A stretch of 64,000 bases of DNA, from contig JAJPJL010000119.1 in assembly GCA_021324255.1 (NCBI GenBank), positions 3,226 to 67,225 of the forward strand, given 5' to 3'. This DNA is from Bacillota bacterium. GTDB taxonomy: Bacteria; Sysuimicrobiota; Sysuimicrobiia; Sysuimicrobiales; Segetimicrobiaceae. Under the pieces are notes generated by a model. The model did no database searches and had not been told where the DNA came from. It saw nothing but the letters and a program-made list of their open reading frames with translations. The first letter of the stretch is position 1, and every line of letters starts with the position of its first letter. Below, in pieces: positions 1 through 9,869 of the stretch. Made by a program: the position numbers and the translations under genes.

Positions 1-335
1 CCGGCGACGAGTACATCGTCATGGACAAGACCACGTTCGAGCAAATGCCGCTCCCCCGCGCGTTGTTCGGTGATGCCGTCCGATTTCTGCGCGAGAACAC
101 CGATGTCACGGTGGTCTTTCACGAAGAGAAGCCGATCGGCGCAGAGCTGCCGAACTCCGTCGATCTGCGCATCGTGGAAACCGCACCGGGGATTCGCGGC
201 GACACGGTGAGCGGTGCGACCAAGCCGGCGACCCTGGAGACCGGGGCCGTCGTGCAAATCCCGCTGTTCGTGGAAACGGGCGAAGTCGTTCGCGTCGACA
301 CCCGCACGGGGTCCTACATCGAGCGCGTCCGCTGA
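1..335 (+). CDS. efp: Elongation factor P (5' truncated by window edge)
   Basis: C-terminal EF-P signature PGIRGDT...KPATLETGAVVQIPLFVETGEVVRVDTRTGSYIER; the frame is open back to the window start. Confidence 0.95.
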   Translation, partial: GDEYIVMDKTTFEQMPLPRALFGDAVRFLRENTDVTVVFHEEKPIGAELPNSVDLRIVETAPGIRGDTVSGATKPATLETGAVVQIPLFVETGEVVRVDTRTGSYIERVR

Positions 336-414
336 GCGCGCCGGGCGCCTTCGCGGCGTGGAGACCGAGCGGTCGGGCGCCCTCCGGGTGCCTCGCCATG
401 CGCCCGCGCGAGCG

Positions 415-423
415 TGTTATAAT
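415..423 (+). promoter_or_regulatory. Extended -10 sigma70/sigmaA promoter of rpsO
   Basis: TGtTATAAT in an otherwise very GC-rich intergenic region, ~85 nt upstream of the rpsO start. Confidence 0.7.
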
Positions 424-507
424 GAAGCTATCGTGCGGCGGGGACGACCGTAGCTCCGGCGGCGTCCCGGCCGGCCGCCACGAAGCGGCCGCGAGGAGGT
501 GGACCAC

Positions 508-780
508 GTGAGTACCGAAGGAGCGCAACCGGCGCAGCGTGTGGCAGGCGAATTTCGGAGGCATCCCACCGACACCGGATCCCCCGAAGTCCAAATCGCC
601 AGATTGACCGACCGGATTTCGCATCTGAGCGAACATCTCAAGGTGCATAAGAAAGACTTTCATTCCCGCCGCGGTCTGCTGCAGATGGTGGGGCAGCGCC
701 GGCGTCTGTTGACGTACCTGAGCCGGCACGACACGGCGCGCTACCGGGCGCTCGTGGAACGGCTCGGCCTCCGTCGATAA
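508..780 (+). CDS. rpsO: 30S ribosomal protein S15
   Basis: [13 protein letters not shown]...[25 protein letters not shown]; SD GAGGAGG at 493-499 favours GTG at 508. Confidence 0.97.
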   Translation: MSTEGAQPAQRVAGEFRRHPTDTGSPEVQIARLTDRISHLSEHLKVHKKDFHSRRGLLQMVGQRRRLLTYLSRHDTARYRALVERLGLRR

Positions 781-930
781 TCGCGCAGCCCGCGGATGCG
801 GCCGGCGTCGCCAGCGTGTCCGGCTGTGCGCGCCGCGGCTGGTTCGCGCAGGCGCATTGTGCCCGGCCCCGGGAGTGCCTGGAGCGCCGAGCCATGAGTA
901 TTGCCGGTGGATGAGGAGGACGGAACGCGA

Positions 931-3168
931 ATGAGCGCAGAGCCGCGAGTGGGACGGGTCGAGGTCGAGGTCGCCGGACGGCCGCTATCGATCGAGACGG
1001 GGGAACTTGCCAAACAGGCCAGCGGCGCGGTCGTCGTCCGCAGCGGGGACAGCATGGTCTTGGTCACGGGGACGATGTCAACGAGCCCGCGCGAAGGGAT
1101 CGACTTCTTTCCGCTGACCTGCGACTACGAAGAAAAGATGTTCGCCGCCGGGAAGATCCCCGGCGGTTTCTTCAAACGCGAGGGGCGGCCCGGCGAGCGC
1201 GCCGTCTTGACGTCCCGGCTGATCGACCGGCCGCTCCGGCCGCTGTTTCCCAAGGGGTTCCGCAACGACGTGCAGGTGATCGCGACGGTGCTCAGCACCG
1301 ATCAGGAGAACGCGACCGACGTGCTCGCCGTGACCGGCGCGGGGGCGGCGCTCGCGATCTCGCCGATCCCCTGGGACGGTCCGGTCGCGGCGGTGCGGAT
1401 CGGGCTCGTCGACGGCCGGCTCATCGTTAACCCGTCGCAGCAGCTCATTGACCAGAAGGCCACGGCCCTGGACCTCGTGGTGGCTGGGACCCGCGATGCG
1501 ATCACGATGGTCGAGGCCGGGGCGCGAGAGGTCCGCGAAGAGGTGCTGCTCGAGGCGTTGGATCTGGCGCACGCCGAGATCCGACGCATCACGGAGGCCA
1601 TCGCCGAGCTGGTCCGGCAGGCCGGCCGTCCCAAGATCACACCGGTGCTCGCGGTGCCGCCGGCGGAGCTCACCGCGGCGGTGCGGGAGGCGGCCGGACC
1701 CCGCCTGGCGACCGCGTTGCGCACCCCCGACAAGCTGGCGAGGGAGAGCGCGCTCGCGGACGTCGCGAGCGCGGTCCAGGACGAGCTCACCGAACGGTTC
1801 CCGGGCCAGGCCCGGGCCATCGGCGACTGCGTCGATTCACTGACGAAGACCGAGGTCCGGCGCATGATCCTCGACGACGGGGTCCGGACCGACGGACGGA
1901 GTCCGACGCAGATCCGGCCGCTCAGCGCCCGCGTCGGGCTCCTGCCGCGGGTGCACGGTTCGGGGCTGTTCGTCCGAGGCCAAACGCAGGTCCTGACGAC
2001 GTGTACGCTCGGCACCGGCGAGGACGAGCAGATCATCGATGATCTCAGCCTGCGCGACCGGAAGCGGTACCTCCACCACTACGATTTCCCTCCCTACAGC
2101 GTCGGCGAGACGCGGCCGCTGCGCTCGCCGGGGCGGCGCGACATCGGCCACGGCGCGCTTGCCGAGCGCGCGCTCGAGCCGATGATTCCACCCGAGGAGA
2201 CGTTCCCGTACACGCTCCGGCTCGTGTCGCTGGTCCTCGAGAGCAACGGGTCCACGTCGATGGCGTCGGTGTGCGGGAGCACGCTGGCGCTCATGGACGC
2301 GGGGGTGCCCATCGCGAAGCCGGTCGGCGGGATCGCCATGGGGCTGATCACCGGCGGCGACGGGGACGGCCGCGCGGCGGTCCTCACCGACATCCAGGGG
2401 ATCGAAGATGCGATGGGGGACATGGATTTCAAGGTGGCCGGGACGCGGGACGGCGTCACGGCCCTGCAGATGGACATCAAGATCAAGGGGCTCTCGCGGG
2501 CGCTCTTCGAGCGGGCCCTGGCCCAGGCGCGCGACGCGCGCATGACGATCATCGACCTGATCGAGCGCACGATCCCGGCGCCGCGTCCCCAGATGTCTCC
2601 CTATGCGCCGCGGATCTACACGATCTACATCAACCCCGACCGCATCCGCGAGGTCATCGGTCCGGGCGGCAAGATCATCAACAAGATCACCGCGGAGACG
2701 GGCGTCAAGATCGACATCGAACAAGACGGCCGCGTGCTGATCGCCTCCGCGAATGCCGAGGCCGCCGCGCAGGCGCAGCGCATGATCGAAGACATCGTCA
2801 AGGAGGCCAAGCCGGGCGAAGTGTACAAGGGCAAAGTCACCCGGCTGATGAACTTTGGAGCGTTCGTGGAAATTTTCCCCGGCAAAGAGGGGCTCGTCCA
2901 CATCTCGGAGCTGTCCAATCATCGGGTCGGCCGGGTGGAGGACGTGGTCAAGGTCGGGGACGAGATCGAGGTGAGGGTCAAGGAGATCGACAACCTGGGG
3001 CGTGTCAACCTGACGCGGCGCGGGTTGATCCCCGACGGCGAGCCTGCCCCTGGGGGCGAGGCGGCGCCGCCGGCGGACGCGCCCACGGGGACGGCGCGGC
3101 CGGGGCGGTACGACCGCGGTCCGCGAGGCGAGCGCGGCCACCGGCCGCATCGAAAGCCGCGATCGTAA
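931..3168 (+). CDS. pnp: Polyribonucleotide nucleotidyltransferase (PNPase)
   Basis: Two RNase PH domains ([38 protein letters not shown]) plus KH and S1 domains; follows rpsO; SD GAGGAGG upstream of ATG 931. Confidence 0.98.
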   Translation: MSAEPRVGRVEVEVAGRPLSIETGELAKQASGAVVVRSGDSMVLVTGTMSTSPREGIDFFPLTCDYEEKMFAAGKIPGGFFKREGRPGERAVLTSRLIDRPLRPLFPKGFRNDVQVIATVLSTDQENATDVLAVTGAGAALAISPIPWDGPVAAVRIGLVDGRLIVNPSQQLIDQKATALDLVVAGTRDAITMVEAGAREVREEVLLEALDLAHAEIRRITEAIAELVRQAGRPKITPVLAVPPAELTAAVREAAGPRLATALRTPDKLARESALADVASAVQDELTERFPGQARAIGDCVDSLTKTEVRRMILDDGVRTDGRSPTQIRPLSARVGLLPRVHGSGLFVRGQTQVLTTCTLGTGEDEQIIDDLSLRDRKRYLHHYDFPPYSVGETRPLRSPGRRDIGHGALAERALEPMIPPEETFPYTLRLVSLVLESNGSTSMASVCGSTLALMDAGVPIAKPVGGIAMGLITGGDGDGRAAVLTDIQGIEDAMGDMDFKVAGTRDGVTALQMDIKIKGLSRALFERALAQARDARMTIIDLIERTIPAPRPQMSPYAPRIYTIYINPDRIREVIGPGGKIINKITAETGVKIDIEQDGRVLIASANAEAAAQAQRMIEDIVKEAKPGEVYKGKVTRLMNFGAFVEIFPGKEGLVHISELSNHRVGRVEDVVKVGDEIEVRVKEIDNLGRVNLTRRGLIPDGEPAPGGEAAPPADAPTGTARPGRYDRGPRGERGHRPHRKPRS

Positions 3169-3192
3169 CACGGGCGCCGGCTCTTGCGTGAG

Positions 3193-3217
3193 AGAAGCCT
3201 CCGCGAGGGGGCTTTTC
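3193..3217 (+). terminator. Probable intrinsic terminator after pnp
   Basis: AAGCCTCC-GCGA-GGGGGCTT hairpin followed by a short T run. Confidence 0.6.
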
Positions 3218-3288
3218 GATTATCGCGCGGACGCGGGTGGCGGCGAGCCGGCTCGACGGGCGACGATCCCGGAGGTACACGGCCAGCG

Positions 3289-4584
3289 ATGGCAGTTGAT
3301 CAGGCGACGTATCGGCGGACGGTGCTACCAAGCGGGCTGGTTGTGCTGACCGAGCCCATGGACAACGTGCGCACCGCCTCGCTCGGCGTCTGGTTCGACG
3401 TCGGCTCGCGCTACGAGGATCTCCCGCACCTCGGCATGTGCCATTTCATCGAGCACGCCTTGTTCAAGGGGACGCGTTCCCGGTCGGCCCTCGCGATCGC
3501 GCAGGCGATGGACGCGATCGGCGGGCACCTGAATGCGTTCACGGACAAGGAGCATACCTGCTACTACGTGCGCGTGCTGAGCGACCACCTGGACGAGGCG
3601 ATGGCGGTCCTCTCCGATATGCTGCTGGACCCCGCGTGGGATCCGGACGCGCTCGAACGGGAGCGGCAGGTGATCCTGGAAGAGATCCGCATGTACGAGG
3701 ACGCGCCCGACGACCTCGTGCACGACGTGTTCGCCGCGTCGCTGTGGCCGGATCATCCGCTGGGTCGGCCGGTCGCGGGCGTGCGGGAGACGGTGCAGGC
3801 CATCGGCCGGACCGAATTGATGCGGTTCATGGACGTCCACTCCCGGCCGGACGCGGCCATCGTCGCCGCGGCGGGGCGCCTCGAACACGACGCGGTCGTG
3901 GCGCTCGTGGAACGCTGGTTTGGCGGGTGGACGGGGCATCGGGCGCCGGTGGACCTGTCCGCGCCGCGCCCCCGCACCGGCATCGCGCTCCGGCACAAGG
4001 ACATCGAGCAGGTGCACCTGTGCGTCGGCGTGCCGGGCTACCCGGAAGCCCACGACGACCGGTACGCCCTCGCCGTGCTGGATACGGTGCTCGGCGGCGG
4101 GATGAGCGGGCGTTTGTTCCACGAAATCCGCGAGGAGCGGGGGCTCGCCTACGCCGTGTCCACCTATCACGCCGCGTACCGGGACGTGGGGGCGTTCGTC
4201 GTGTATTGTGGGACGAGCCCCGCGGCCGCGTGCCAGGTCGTGCGGCTGGTCCTCCACAACCTGGCCTGGGCCCGGGACGGCATCACGGCCGAAGTCCTCG
4301 CGCGGGCGAAGGAGTCGTTGAAGGGCAGCCTCATGCTCGATCTCGAGACGCCCGGCAGCCGGATGAGCAAGCTCGCCAGGTCGGAGCAGTACTTCGGGCG
4401 GCAGTTCACGCTGGATGAGATCGTCGCCGAGGTCGAGGCGGTGAGCGCGGACGACGTGCATCGCGTCGCGGCCGAGTTGTTCGTGCCGGGGCGCGCGTCG
4501 CTCGCCGCGATCGGCCCGTTTGAAGACCACGCGGGTCTGGCCGACGCACTGCGGGCGGAGGTGGAGCGTCATGAGCGTGCATAG
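3289..4584 (+). CDS. M16 family zinc peptidase (YmxG-like)
   Basis: HFIEH inverted zinc motif, LNAFTDKEHTCYY, GGGMSGRLFHEIREERGLAY; usual position after pnp; SD GGAGG. Confidence 0.93.
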   Translation: MAVDQATYRRTVLPSGLVVLTEPMDNVRTASLGVWFDVGSRYEDLPHLGMCHFIEHALFKGTRSRSALAIAQAMDAIGGHLNAFTDKEHTCYYVRVLSDHLDEAMAVLSDMLLDPAWDPDALERERQVILEEIRMYEDAPDDLVHDVFAASLWPDHPLGRPVAGVRETVQAIGRTELMRFMDVHSRPDAAIVAAAGRLEHDAVVALVERWFGGWTGHRAPVDLSAPRPRTGIALRHKDIEQVHLCVGVPGYPEAHDDRYALAVLDTVLGGGMSGRLFHEIREERGLAYAVSTYHAAYRDVGAFVVYCGTSPAAACQVVRLVLHNLAWARDGITAEVLARAKESLKGSLMLDLETPGSRMSKLARSEQYFGRQFTLDEIVAEVEAVSADDVHRVAAELFVPGRASLAAIGPFEDHAGLADALRAEVERHERA

Positions 4585-5377
4585 GGTCGCGGTGGCAGGA
4601 GCCGCCGGCCGCATGGGGCGGGCGGCGATCCGGGCGATCGCGCGCCGCGACGACATGCTGCTGGTCGGGGCGCTCGGCCGAGCGGCGTCCGTCGGCCAGG
4701 ACGCCGGCGTCGTCGCCGGCGCGGGCACGCTGGGCGTGCCGATCGTAGCCGATCTCGCGGAACTGTTTCTCGAGGGACGGCCGACCGTGCTCGTCGACCT
4801 GAGCCGTGGAGAACCCGCGGTGGAGCATGCCGAAGCGGCGCTCGATCACCGCGTGCCGGCGGTGATCGGCGCGACGGGCCTGCCCGCGGCGGGGGTGGAA
4901 CGGCTGCGCGAGCGGTGCCGCGCCGAGCGTGTGGGCGTGCTCCTCGCGCCGAATTTTGCCCTGGGCGCGGTCCTGATGATGGAGTTTGCCCGGCAGGCCG
5001 CCCGGTTCTTCCCGCACGTGGAGATCACCGAGCTGCACCATGATCGCAAGCGGGACGCGCCGTCCGGCACGGCGGCGCGGACGGCGCACCTCATCGCGGC
5101 CGCCCGCGCGGAGACGCCCCCGCCGGCGGTGACCGAGACGGAGCTCGTGGCCGGCGTCCGGGGCGGCCTGGTGGCGGGCGTCCGCGTGCACAGCGTGCGG
5201 CTCCCGGGCCTCATGGCGCATCAAGAGGTGCTCTTTGGGGGGCCAGGGGAGACGCTCCGGCTGCGCCACGATTCGTTGAGCGAGGAGTCGTTTATGCCCG
5301 GCCTGATGCTTGCGATCGAGCGCGTGGGGACGGTGTCGGACCTCGTGGAAGGCCTGGAGCGCGTGCTGGAGCTGTAG
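4571..5377 (+). CDS. dapB: 4-hydroxy-tetrahydrodipicolinate reductase
   Basis: GAAGRMG Rossmann motif, ELHHDRKRDAPSGTA catalytic motif. Confidence 0.95.
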   Translation: MSVHRVAVAGAAGRMGRAAIRAIARRDDMLLVGALGRAASVGQDAGVVAGAGTLGVPIVADLAELFLEGRPTVLVDLSRGEPAVEHAEAALDHRVPAVIGATGLPAAGVERLRERCRAERVGVLLAPNFALGAVLMMEFARQAARFFPHVEITELHHDRKRDAPSGTAARTAHLIAAARAETPPPAVTETELVAGVRGGLVAGVRVHSVRLPGLMAHQEVLFGGPGETLRLRHDSLSEESFMPGLMLAIERVGTVSDLVEGLERVLEL

Positions 5378-5391
5378 AGGGGGGGTGCATC

Positions 5392-6417
5392 ATGAGCGGG
5401 TACACGGTTGCGGTCGTGGGCGCGACGGGCGCGGTCGGGCGCGAAGCGCTGGAGATCCTCGCGGCGCGCCGGTTTCCCGTGGCGCGGCTCCGCGCCTTGG
5501 CGTCGCCGCGGTCCGCCGGGCTGCGCATCGGTGAGCTGACCGTCGCCCCGGTTGCGGCGGACGCGTTCGATGACGTGGACATCGCGATCTTCGACACGCC
5601 GGATGACGTCGCGGAGGCCTGGGTGCCGGTCGCGGCCGAGCGCGGGGCGCTCGTGATCGACAATTCGGCGGCGTTCCGCATGGCGCCGGACGTGCCCCTG
5701 GTCATCCCCGAGGTCAACCCGGCGGCCCTGCGGCGGGCACCGCGGCGGATCATCGCCAACCCGAACTGCACGACGGCCACGATCGCCGTGCCGCTGGCGC
5801 CCCTGCATCGGGCCGCGGGCCTGCGCCGTCTCATCGCGTGCTCGTACCAGTCGGTCTCGGGCGCGGGACAGGCGGGCGTCTCCCAACTGTGGTCGGAGGT
5901 GCGGGACGCGGCGGCATCCGCGGCGCCGCCCGCCGCGCCGGGCGGCGCCGCGTTCCGGCACGCGATCGCGATGAACGTGATCCCCGCGGTGGGGTCGTTC
6001 CGCGGCGCGCACACGAGCGAGGAGGTCAAGCTGGGGGCGGAGCTGCGCAAGATGCTGGACGCGCCGGACGTCGCCGTGGGCGTCACCTGCGTCCGGGTCC
6101 CCACGCTCCGGGCGCACGGCGTCGCGGTGCACGCGGAGTTTTCCCGGCCGATCGCCCCAGAGGAGGCGCGAGCGATCCTGGCGTCCGCGCCCGGGGTCGA
6201 GGTGATGGACGATCCCGCCGCCGGCCGCTACCCGACGGCGCTCGCCGCCTCCGGCCGGGACCCGTGCGTGGTCGGCCGGATTCGCACGGACGGCGCCGGC
6301 GCGCTCGCGTTCTTCGCCGCGGCGGACAACCTGCGCAAGGGGGCCGCGCTCAACGCGGTGCAGATCGCGGAGGCGGTCGTGCGGGACGGCTTCTTGTCCG
6401 AGATCCGGGCGGGATGA
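5392..6417 (+). CDS. asd: Aspartate-semialdehyde dehydrogenase
   Basis: GATGAVG, IIANPNCTT, YQSVSGAG, TCVRVP, DNLRKGAALNAVQIAE. Confidence 0.96.
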   Translation: MSGYTVAVVGATGAVGREALEILAARRFPVARLRALASPRSAGLRIGELTVAPVAADAFDDVDIAIFDTPDDVAEAWVPVAAERGALVIDNSAAFRMAPDVPLVIPEVNPAALRRAPRRIIANPNCTTATIAVPLAPLHRAAGLRRLIACSYQSVSGAGQAGVSQLWSEVRDAAASAAPPAAPGGAAFRHAIAMNVIPAVGSFRGAHTSEEVKLGAELRKMLDAPDVAVGVTCVRVPTLRAHGVAVHAEFSRPIAPEEARAILASAPGVEVMDDPAAGRYPTALAASGRDPCVVGRIRTDGAGALAFFAAADNLRKGAALNAVQIAEAVVRDGFLSEIRAG

Positions 6418-6518
6418 CGAATCCGCGCCGCGGGTGCAGGAGCCGGCGCCGGGAGTCCTGAACGTCTTGGTACACACGCGCCAAGACGACGTGAGGCGAG
6501 CCGGGGGAGGTGACGGGG

Positions 6519-7412
6519 ATGGTCGAGTTCGGACGGGTGATCACCGCCATGGTCACGCCCATGGATGCCAACCGTGCGGTGGATTACGACAAGGCGGCGG
6601 CGCTCGCAAAGCGGCTCGTCGACTCGGGATCCGACGGGCTCGTCGTCTGCGGTACGACCGGCGAGTCGCCGACCCTGAGCGACGAGGAAAAGGTGCGTCT
6701 CTTCCGGACCGTCCGGGACGCGGTGGGCGCGCGGGCCGCCGTGATCGCGGGCACCGGCACCTACGACACCGCGCACAGCATCCACCTGACGCGCGAGGCC
6801 GAGCGCGCCGGATGCGACGGCGTCCTGCTCGTTAACCCGTACTACAACAAACCGTCTCAAGAGGGACTCTACCAGCACTTCAAGGCCGTCGCGGACAGCA
6901 CGCGGCTTCCGGTGATGCTCTACAACATCCAGGGCCGGACGGCGGTGAACTGCGAACCCGCCACCGTGGCGCGCCTCGCCCAGGTGCGGAACATCGTCGC
7001 GATCAAGGAGGCCAGCGGCAACCTCGATCAGATGTCGCAGATTCGCAGGCTCACGCCCCCGGAGTTCAAGCTCTACAGCGGGGACGACAGCCTGACGCTG
7101 CCGCTGCTCGCGGTCGGCGGAGCCGGCGTCGTGAGCGTCGCCGCGCACGTCGCCGCCCGGGAGATCGGCGAGATGATCGATGCCTTTCTGGCGGGTAGCG
7201 TCCGCCGGGCCACGGAGTTGCACCTGCGGTTGCTGCCGTTGTTCAAGGTGTTGTTCATCACATCGAACCCGACGCCGGTCAAGGCCGCCTTGCAGTTGAC
7301 CGGATTCGACGCGGGCGGGCTGCGCCTGCCGCTCGTCGAGGCGACCGCGGCGGAGCGGGAGCAGATCGCGGCGGTGCTCACGCAGCTCGCGCTGGCGCCG
7401 GTGGCAGCCTGA
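6519..7412 (+). CDS. dapA: 4-hydroxy-tetrahydrodipicolinate synthase
   Basis: [28 protein letters not shown]; SD GGGGGAGG before ATG 6519. Confidence 0.96.
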   Translation: MVEFGRVITAMVTPMDANRAVDYDKAAALAKRLVDSGSDGLVVCGTTGESPTLSDEEKVRLFRTVRDAVGARAAVIAGTGTYDTAHSIHLTREAERAGCDGVLLVNPYYNKPSQEGLYQHFKAVADSTRLPVMLYNIQGRTAVNCEPATVARLAQVRNIVAIKEASGNLDQMSQIRRLTPPEFKLYSGDDSLTLPLLAVGGAGVVSVAAHVAAREIGEMIDAFLAGSVRRATELHLRLLPLFKVLFITSNPTPVKAALQLTGFDAGGLRLPLVEATAAEREQIAAVLTQLALAPVAA

Positions 7413-8008
7413 GCGGCGGTCGATCCCGCACCGGCGACCGGCTCGAGGCCCTGCACGCGCGCATCCGGCGCTGCCGGCGGTGCCCGTTGTGGCGCACCCG
7501 CACGCGAGGCGTCCCCGGTGAAGGGAACCCGTCGGCATCGATCGTCCTCATCGGCGAGGGGCCGGGACGGCAGGAAGACGAGACGGGCCGGCCGTTTGTC
7601 GGCCGGGCCGGGCGGCTGCTGGACGAGCTGCTGGCGCACGCCGGGCTGCGGCGGGCCGACGTCTACATCACGAACGTGATCAAGGATCGGGCGGCGACCG
7701 CGACCACCCCGCGGCGCGATCGGCCGCCCGCGCCGGCGGAAGTGGCGGCGTGCCTGCCGTGGTTGCGCGCGCAGCTTGCCCTGATTCGCCCCAGGATCGT
7801 CGTCACCCTCGGCCGTCACTCGCTCGAGGTGATGCTCCCCGGTGCGCGCATTGCGGGCGTCCACGGACGTCCCCAGCACCGCGGAGCCCTCACGATTCTG
7901 CCCTTGTACCACCCGTCCTATGCGCTCCGCAACCCGGGGGCGCGTCCCGTCTTGTTCCGGGACGCGGCGGCGTTGCGGGGGCTCGTGGACGAGCGGCCGC
8001 GCGGGTGA
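7409..8008 (+). CDS. Uracil-DNA glycosylase family 4, probable CTG start
   Basis: GEGPG and HPSY motifs. The N-terminal CRRCPL lies upstream of the first canonical start (TTG 7487); an in-frame CTG at 7409 overlaps the dapA TGA. Confidence 0.85.
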   Translation: MSGGRSRTGDRLEALHARIRRCRRCPLWRTRTRGVPGEGNPSASIVLIGEGPGRQEDETGRPFVGRAGRLLDELLAHAGLRRADVYITNVIKDRAATATTPRRDRPPAPAEVAACLPWLRAQLALIRPRIVVTLGRHSLEVMLPGARIAGVHGRPQHRGALTILPLYHPSYALRNPGARPVLFRDAAALRGLVDERPRG

Positions 8009-9774
8009 TGGCATCCGATCGGGCGGCTCAGCCGGGACCGCCCGCATCCGCGGGGACCCGCGCCGCGCCGCGGCGGCGCAGCCGCCGGCACCGGGGCCGC
8101 ACCTCCCCGCGCCCTGCTCCGCCGAGGCGGACCGGCCCTGGCCTCGAGATCATCCCGCTCGGCGGCCTCGGCGAGATCGGCAAAAACAGCACGGTGCTTC
8201 GCGTGGGCGCCGACATGCTCGTCGTGGATGCCGGGCTGGCGTTTCCGGACGAGGAGATGCTCGGGATCGACCTCGTGATCCCCGACTACCGGTTCCTGGC
8301 CTCCGGGGGCACGCTCCACGGGATCGTGCTTACGCACGGTCACGAGGACCACGTCGGCAGCCTGCCGTACCTGCTGCAGACGCGGCCCGCGCCCGTGTAC
8401 GGCACGCCGCTGACGCTCGGGCTCGCGCGCCGGCGGGTGGAGGAGATGCCGCAGGCCCCCAAGATGACCGGGGTTGCGGTCCAGCCACGGCAGCCCGTGC
8501 AGGTCGGGCCCTTTGAGATCGAGCTCGTCCACGTGAACCACAACATTCCTCAGTCGTGCGCGGTCGTCGTGCGCACCCCCACCGGCGTGGTCGTCTGCAC
8601 CGGGGATTTCAAGTTCGATCCGACGTCGATCGACGGGCAACCGGCCGACTTTTCCCGGCTCGCGGAGATCGGCGAGGCCGGCGTGACGGTGCTGCTGATG
8701 GATTCCACCAATGTCGAGCGCCCCGGCTACGCGCCGTCCGAACGCACCGTCGGCGGCGCGCTCGACGAGGTGTTTGCCCGAGCGCGGGGCCGGGTTCTCG
8801 TGACGACGTTCGCCAGCAACCTGCACCGCATTCAGCAGGTCCTGGAGACCGCCGCCCGCCACGGCCGCAAGGTCGCCATCGCCGGCCGGAGCATGGTCGA
8901 CACGGTCGCCATTGCCACCGAGCTCCAGGCCCTCAAGGTGCCCCGGTCCACCCTGGTGCCGCTCGAGCAGGTGCGGCATCTGCCCGACCGGCACGCGACG
9001 ATCCTCACCACGGGCAGCCAGGGTGAACCCCTGTCCGCCCTGAGCCGGATGGCCACCGGCCAGCACCGGACGGTGAGCATCAAGGCCGGCGACACGGTGA
9101 TCTTCTCGGCATCGCCGATCCCCGGCAACGAGGGCATGGTGGCGCGGACCATCAACCATCTGTACCGCCAGGGCGCGGAGGTGATCCACGGCGCGGGGGT
9201 GCACGCGTCCGGACACGCCTGCCAGGAAGAGCTCAAGCTGATGCTCACGCTGCTCCGGCCGCGCTTTTTCCTGCCCGTGCACGGCGAGTACCGCCATCTC
9301 GTCTTGAACCGGCGTTTGGCGAGCAGCGTCGGCGTGCCGGAGGAGCGCAGCCTGCTGGCGGAGAATGGGCACATCGTCGCGGTGGGTGACGGTCGCATCA
9401 CCCGCGCGGGCGCCGTCGACGCGGGAGAAGTGCTCGTGGACGGCCTGGGCGGCGTCGGGGCGATCGTCCTGCGCGACCGCCGCCAGCTCGCGCGTGACGG
9501 CATGCTGATCGCCCTCGTGGCGCTGGACCGGCAGTCGGGCGAGCTGTTGATGGAGCCCGACATTGTGTCGCGCGGCTTCGTGTACATGCGCGAGTCCGGC
9601 GAGTTGATCGACGAGTCCAAGCGGCGCATCAAAGACGCGGTCGCCCGGTCCCGGCAACGCGGCACGCCCGATTGGACCGCGGTGCGGACGGCCATCCGGG
9701 AGGCCCTCGCGAAGTATTTGTTTGAGCAGACCCGGCGTCAACCCATGATTCTGCCGATGCTGGTCGAAGTATAG
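8008..9774 (+). CDS. rnj: Ribonuclease J
   Basis: PLGGLGEIGKN, THGHEDH metallo-beta-lactamase motif, TGSQGEP, HASGHA, PVHGEYRH; start overlaps the UDG stop. Confidence 0.96.
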   Translation: MASDRAAQPGPPASAGTRAAPRRRSRRHRGRTSPRPAPPRRTGPGLEIIPLGGLGEIGKNSTVLRVGADMLVVDAGLAFPDEEMLGIDLVIPDYRFLASGGTLHGIVLTHGHEDHVGSLPYLLQTRPAPVYGTPLTLGLARRRVEEMPQAPKMTGVAVQPRQPVQVGPFEIELVHVNHNIPQSCAVVVRTPTGVVVCTGDFKFDPTSIDGQPADFSRLAEIGEAGVTVLLMDSTNVERPGYAPSERTVGGALDEVFARARGRVLVTTFASNLHRIQQVLETAARHGRKVAIAGRSMVDTVAIATELQALKVPRSTLVPLEQVRHLPDRHATILTTGSQGEPLSALSRMATGQHRTVSIKAGDTVIFSASPIPGNEGMVARTINHLYRQGAEVIHGAGVHASGHACQEELKLMLTLLRPRFFLPVHGEYRHLVLNRRLASSVGVPEERSLLAENGHIVAVGDGRITRAGAVDAGEVLVDGLGGVGAIVLRDRRQLARDGMLIALVALDRQSGELLMEPDIVSRGFVYMRESGELIDESKRRIKDAVARSRQRGTPDWTAVRTAIREALAKYLFEQTRRQPMILPMLVEV

Positions 9775-9869
9775 ACGTATAATCGAAGCAGGCGTCGCAG
9801 CGGATCGTTTCATCGGAGCAGGAGACGGACTCACGATGACGGCATCGCATCGTACCAGCGGAGCATCGA

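Noticed and set aside
838-878. Further copies of the dispersed element between rpsO and pnp, and near 34160
   Set aside because: Only short GC-rich word matches requiring gaps; not distinguishable from chance by eye.
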